From: Dickeya phage RC-2014
DNA: 24,000 nucleotides
Reading direction: 5' to 3' (one strand)
Sequence record: KJ716335.1
Shown here piece by piece: positions 23,760 through 24,000 of this stretch (position 1 is its first letter; each line of letters begins with the position of its first letter). Under the pieces are notes generated by a model. The model was given only the letters and a program-made list of their open reading frames with translations. It had not been told where the DNA came from and made no database searches. A program made the position numbers and the translations under genes.

Positions 23760-24000
23760 TACGCTTTCCTCCAAAGTTTGTGGGTCATGTTTCTGCCGCT
23801 ATGTACATGTCTCATCGAACCTTCACTCAGGCCATTCTCTTTACAAAATTTAGCGAGATTAAAGACGGTTACAACAATCCCCTCGGGGTTCATGAATTTA
23901 AATTCCCTAGCATTTGCCTTGGAAATGTTTTCTCTTCCTTCCTTTGTCACCACACCCTTGCAATTAGAATAATCAACCAAACCATCTTCAACAAGCCTCT
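23759..24000 (-). mobile_element. C-terminal part of a homing-endonuclease-like protein, truncated by window edge
   Basis: Frame is open to position 24000 (RLVEDGLVDYSNCKG...); NPEGIVVTVFNLAKFCKENGLSEGSMRHVHSGRNMTHKLWRKA is the DNA-binding tail typical of phage homing endonucleases. TAATG junction with gp4-like gene. Confidence 0.7.

Noticed and set aside
1-24000. CRISPR arrays and tRNA genes
   Set aside because: No regularly spaced repeats and no recognisable cloverleaf/TTCRA-type signatures were spotted on reading; a tRNAscan-SE run would be needed to exclude tRNAs formally.

Overview
This 24 kb window looks like part of a tailed-phage genome related to the T4 supergroup. Support comes from recognisable rIIA-like and rIIB-like proteins, an intact type II topoisomerase large subunit (gp39/60-like), a topoisomerase medium subunit (gp52-like), a dCMP deaminase and, on the minus strand, a gp4-like head-completion protein. 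Genes are tightly packed, almost all on the + strand until about 23.14 kb, and many are joined by ATGA/TAATG overlaps. Three putative homing-type mobile genes are present: an HNH ORF directly before the topoisomerase large-subunit gene, an AP2-like ORF between the two topoisomerase genes, and a partial ORF upstream of gp4 that runs off the right edge. Other identifiable genes are NADAR/YbiA-like, MazG-like, LemA-like, HAD-like, bacterial PH-domain, DUF6527-like and Ig-domain (Hoc-like) proteins. The most interesting signals are: (1) a perfect T4-type late promoter TATAAATA whose 3' end lies in the 5' arm of a hairpin that would sequester the Shine-Dalgarno of an unlisted 55-aa membrane-protein ORF, a probable early-off/late-on translation switch; (2) a 411-aa orphan with a possible, unproven, link to thymine hypermodification; (3) an adjacent NADAR-like plus MazG-like pair; (4) two places where an open frame continues past an in-frame TAA up to an ATGA junction without an obvious start; (5) a 16-bp direct repeat exactly bracketing a small gene; (6) several sub-60-aa ORFs missing from the supplied track. 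All family calls are from motif recognition by eye, with no database search.
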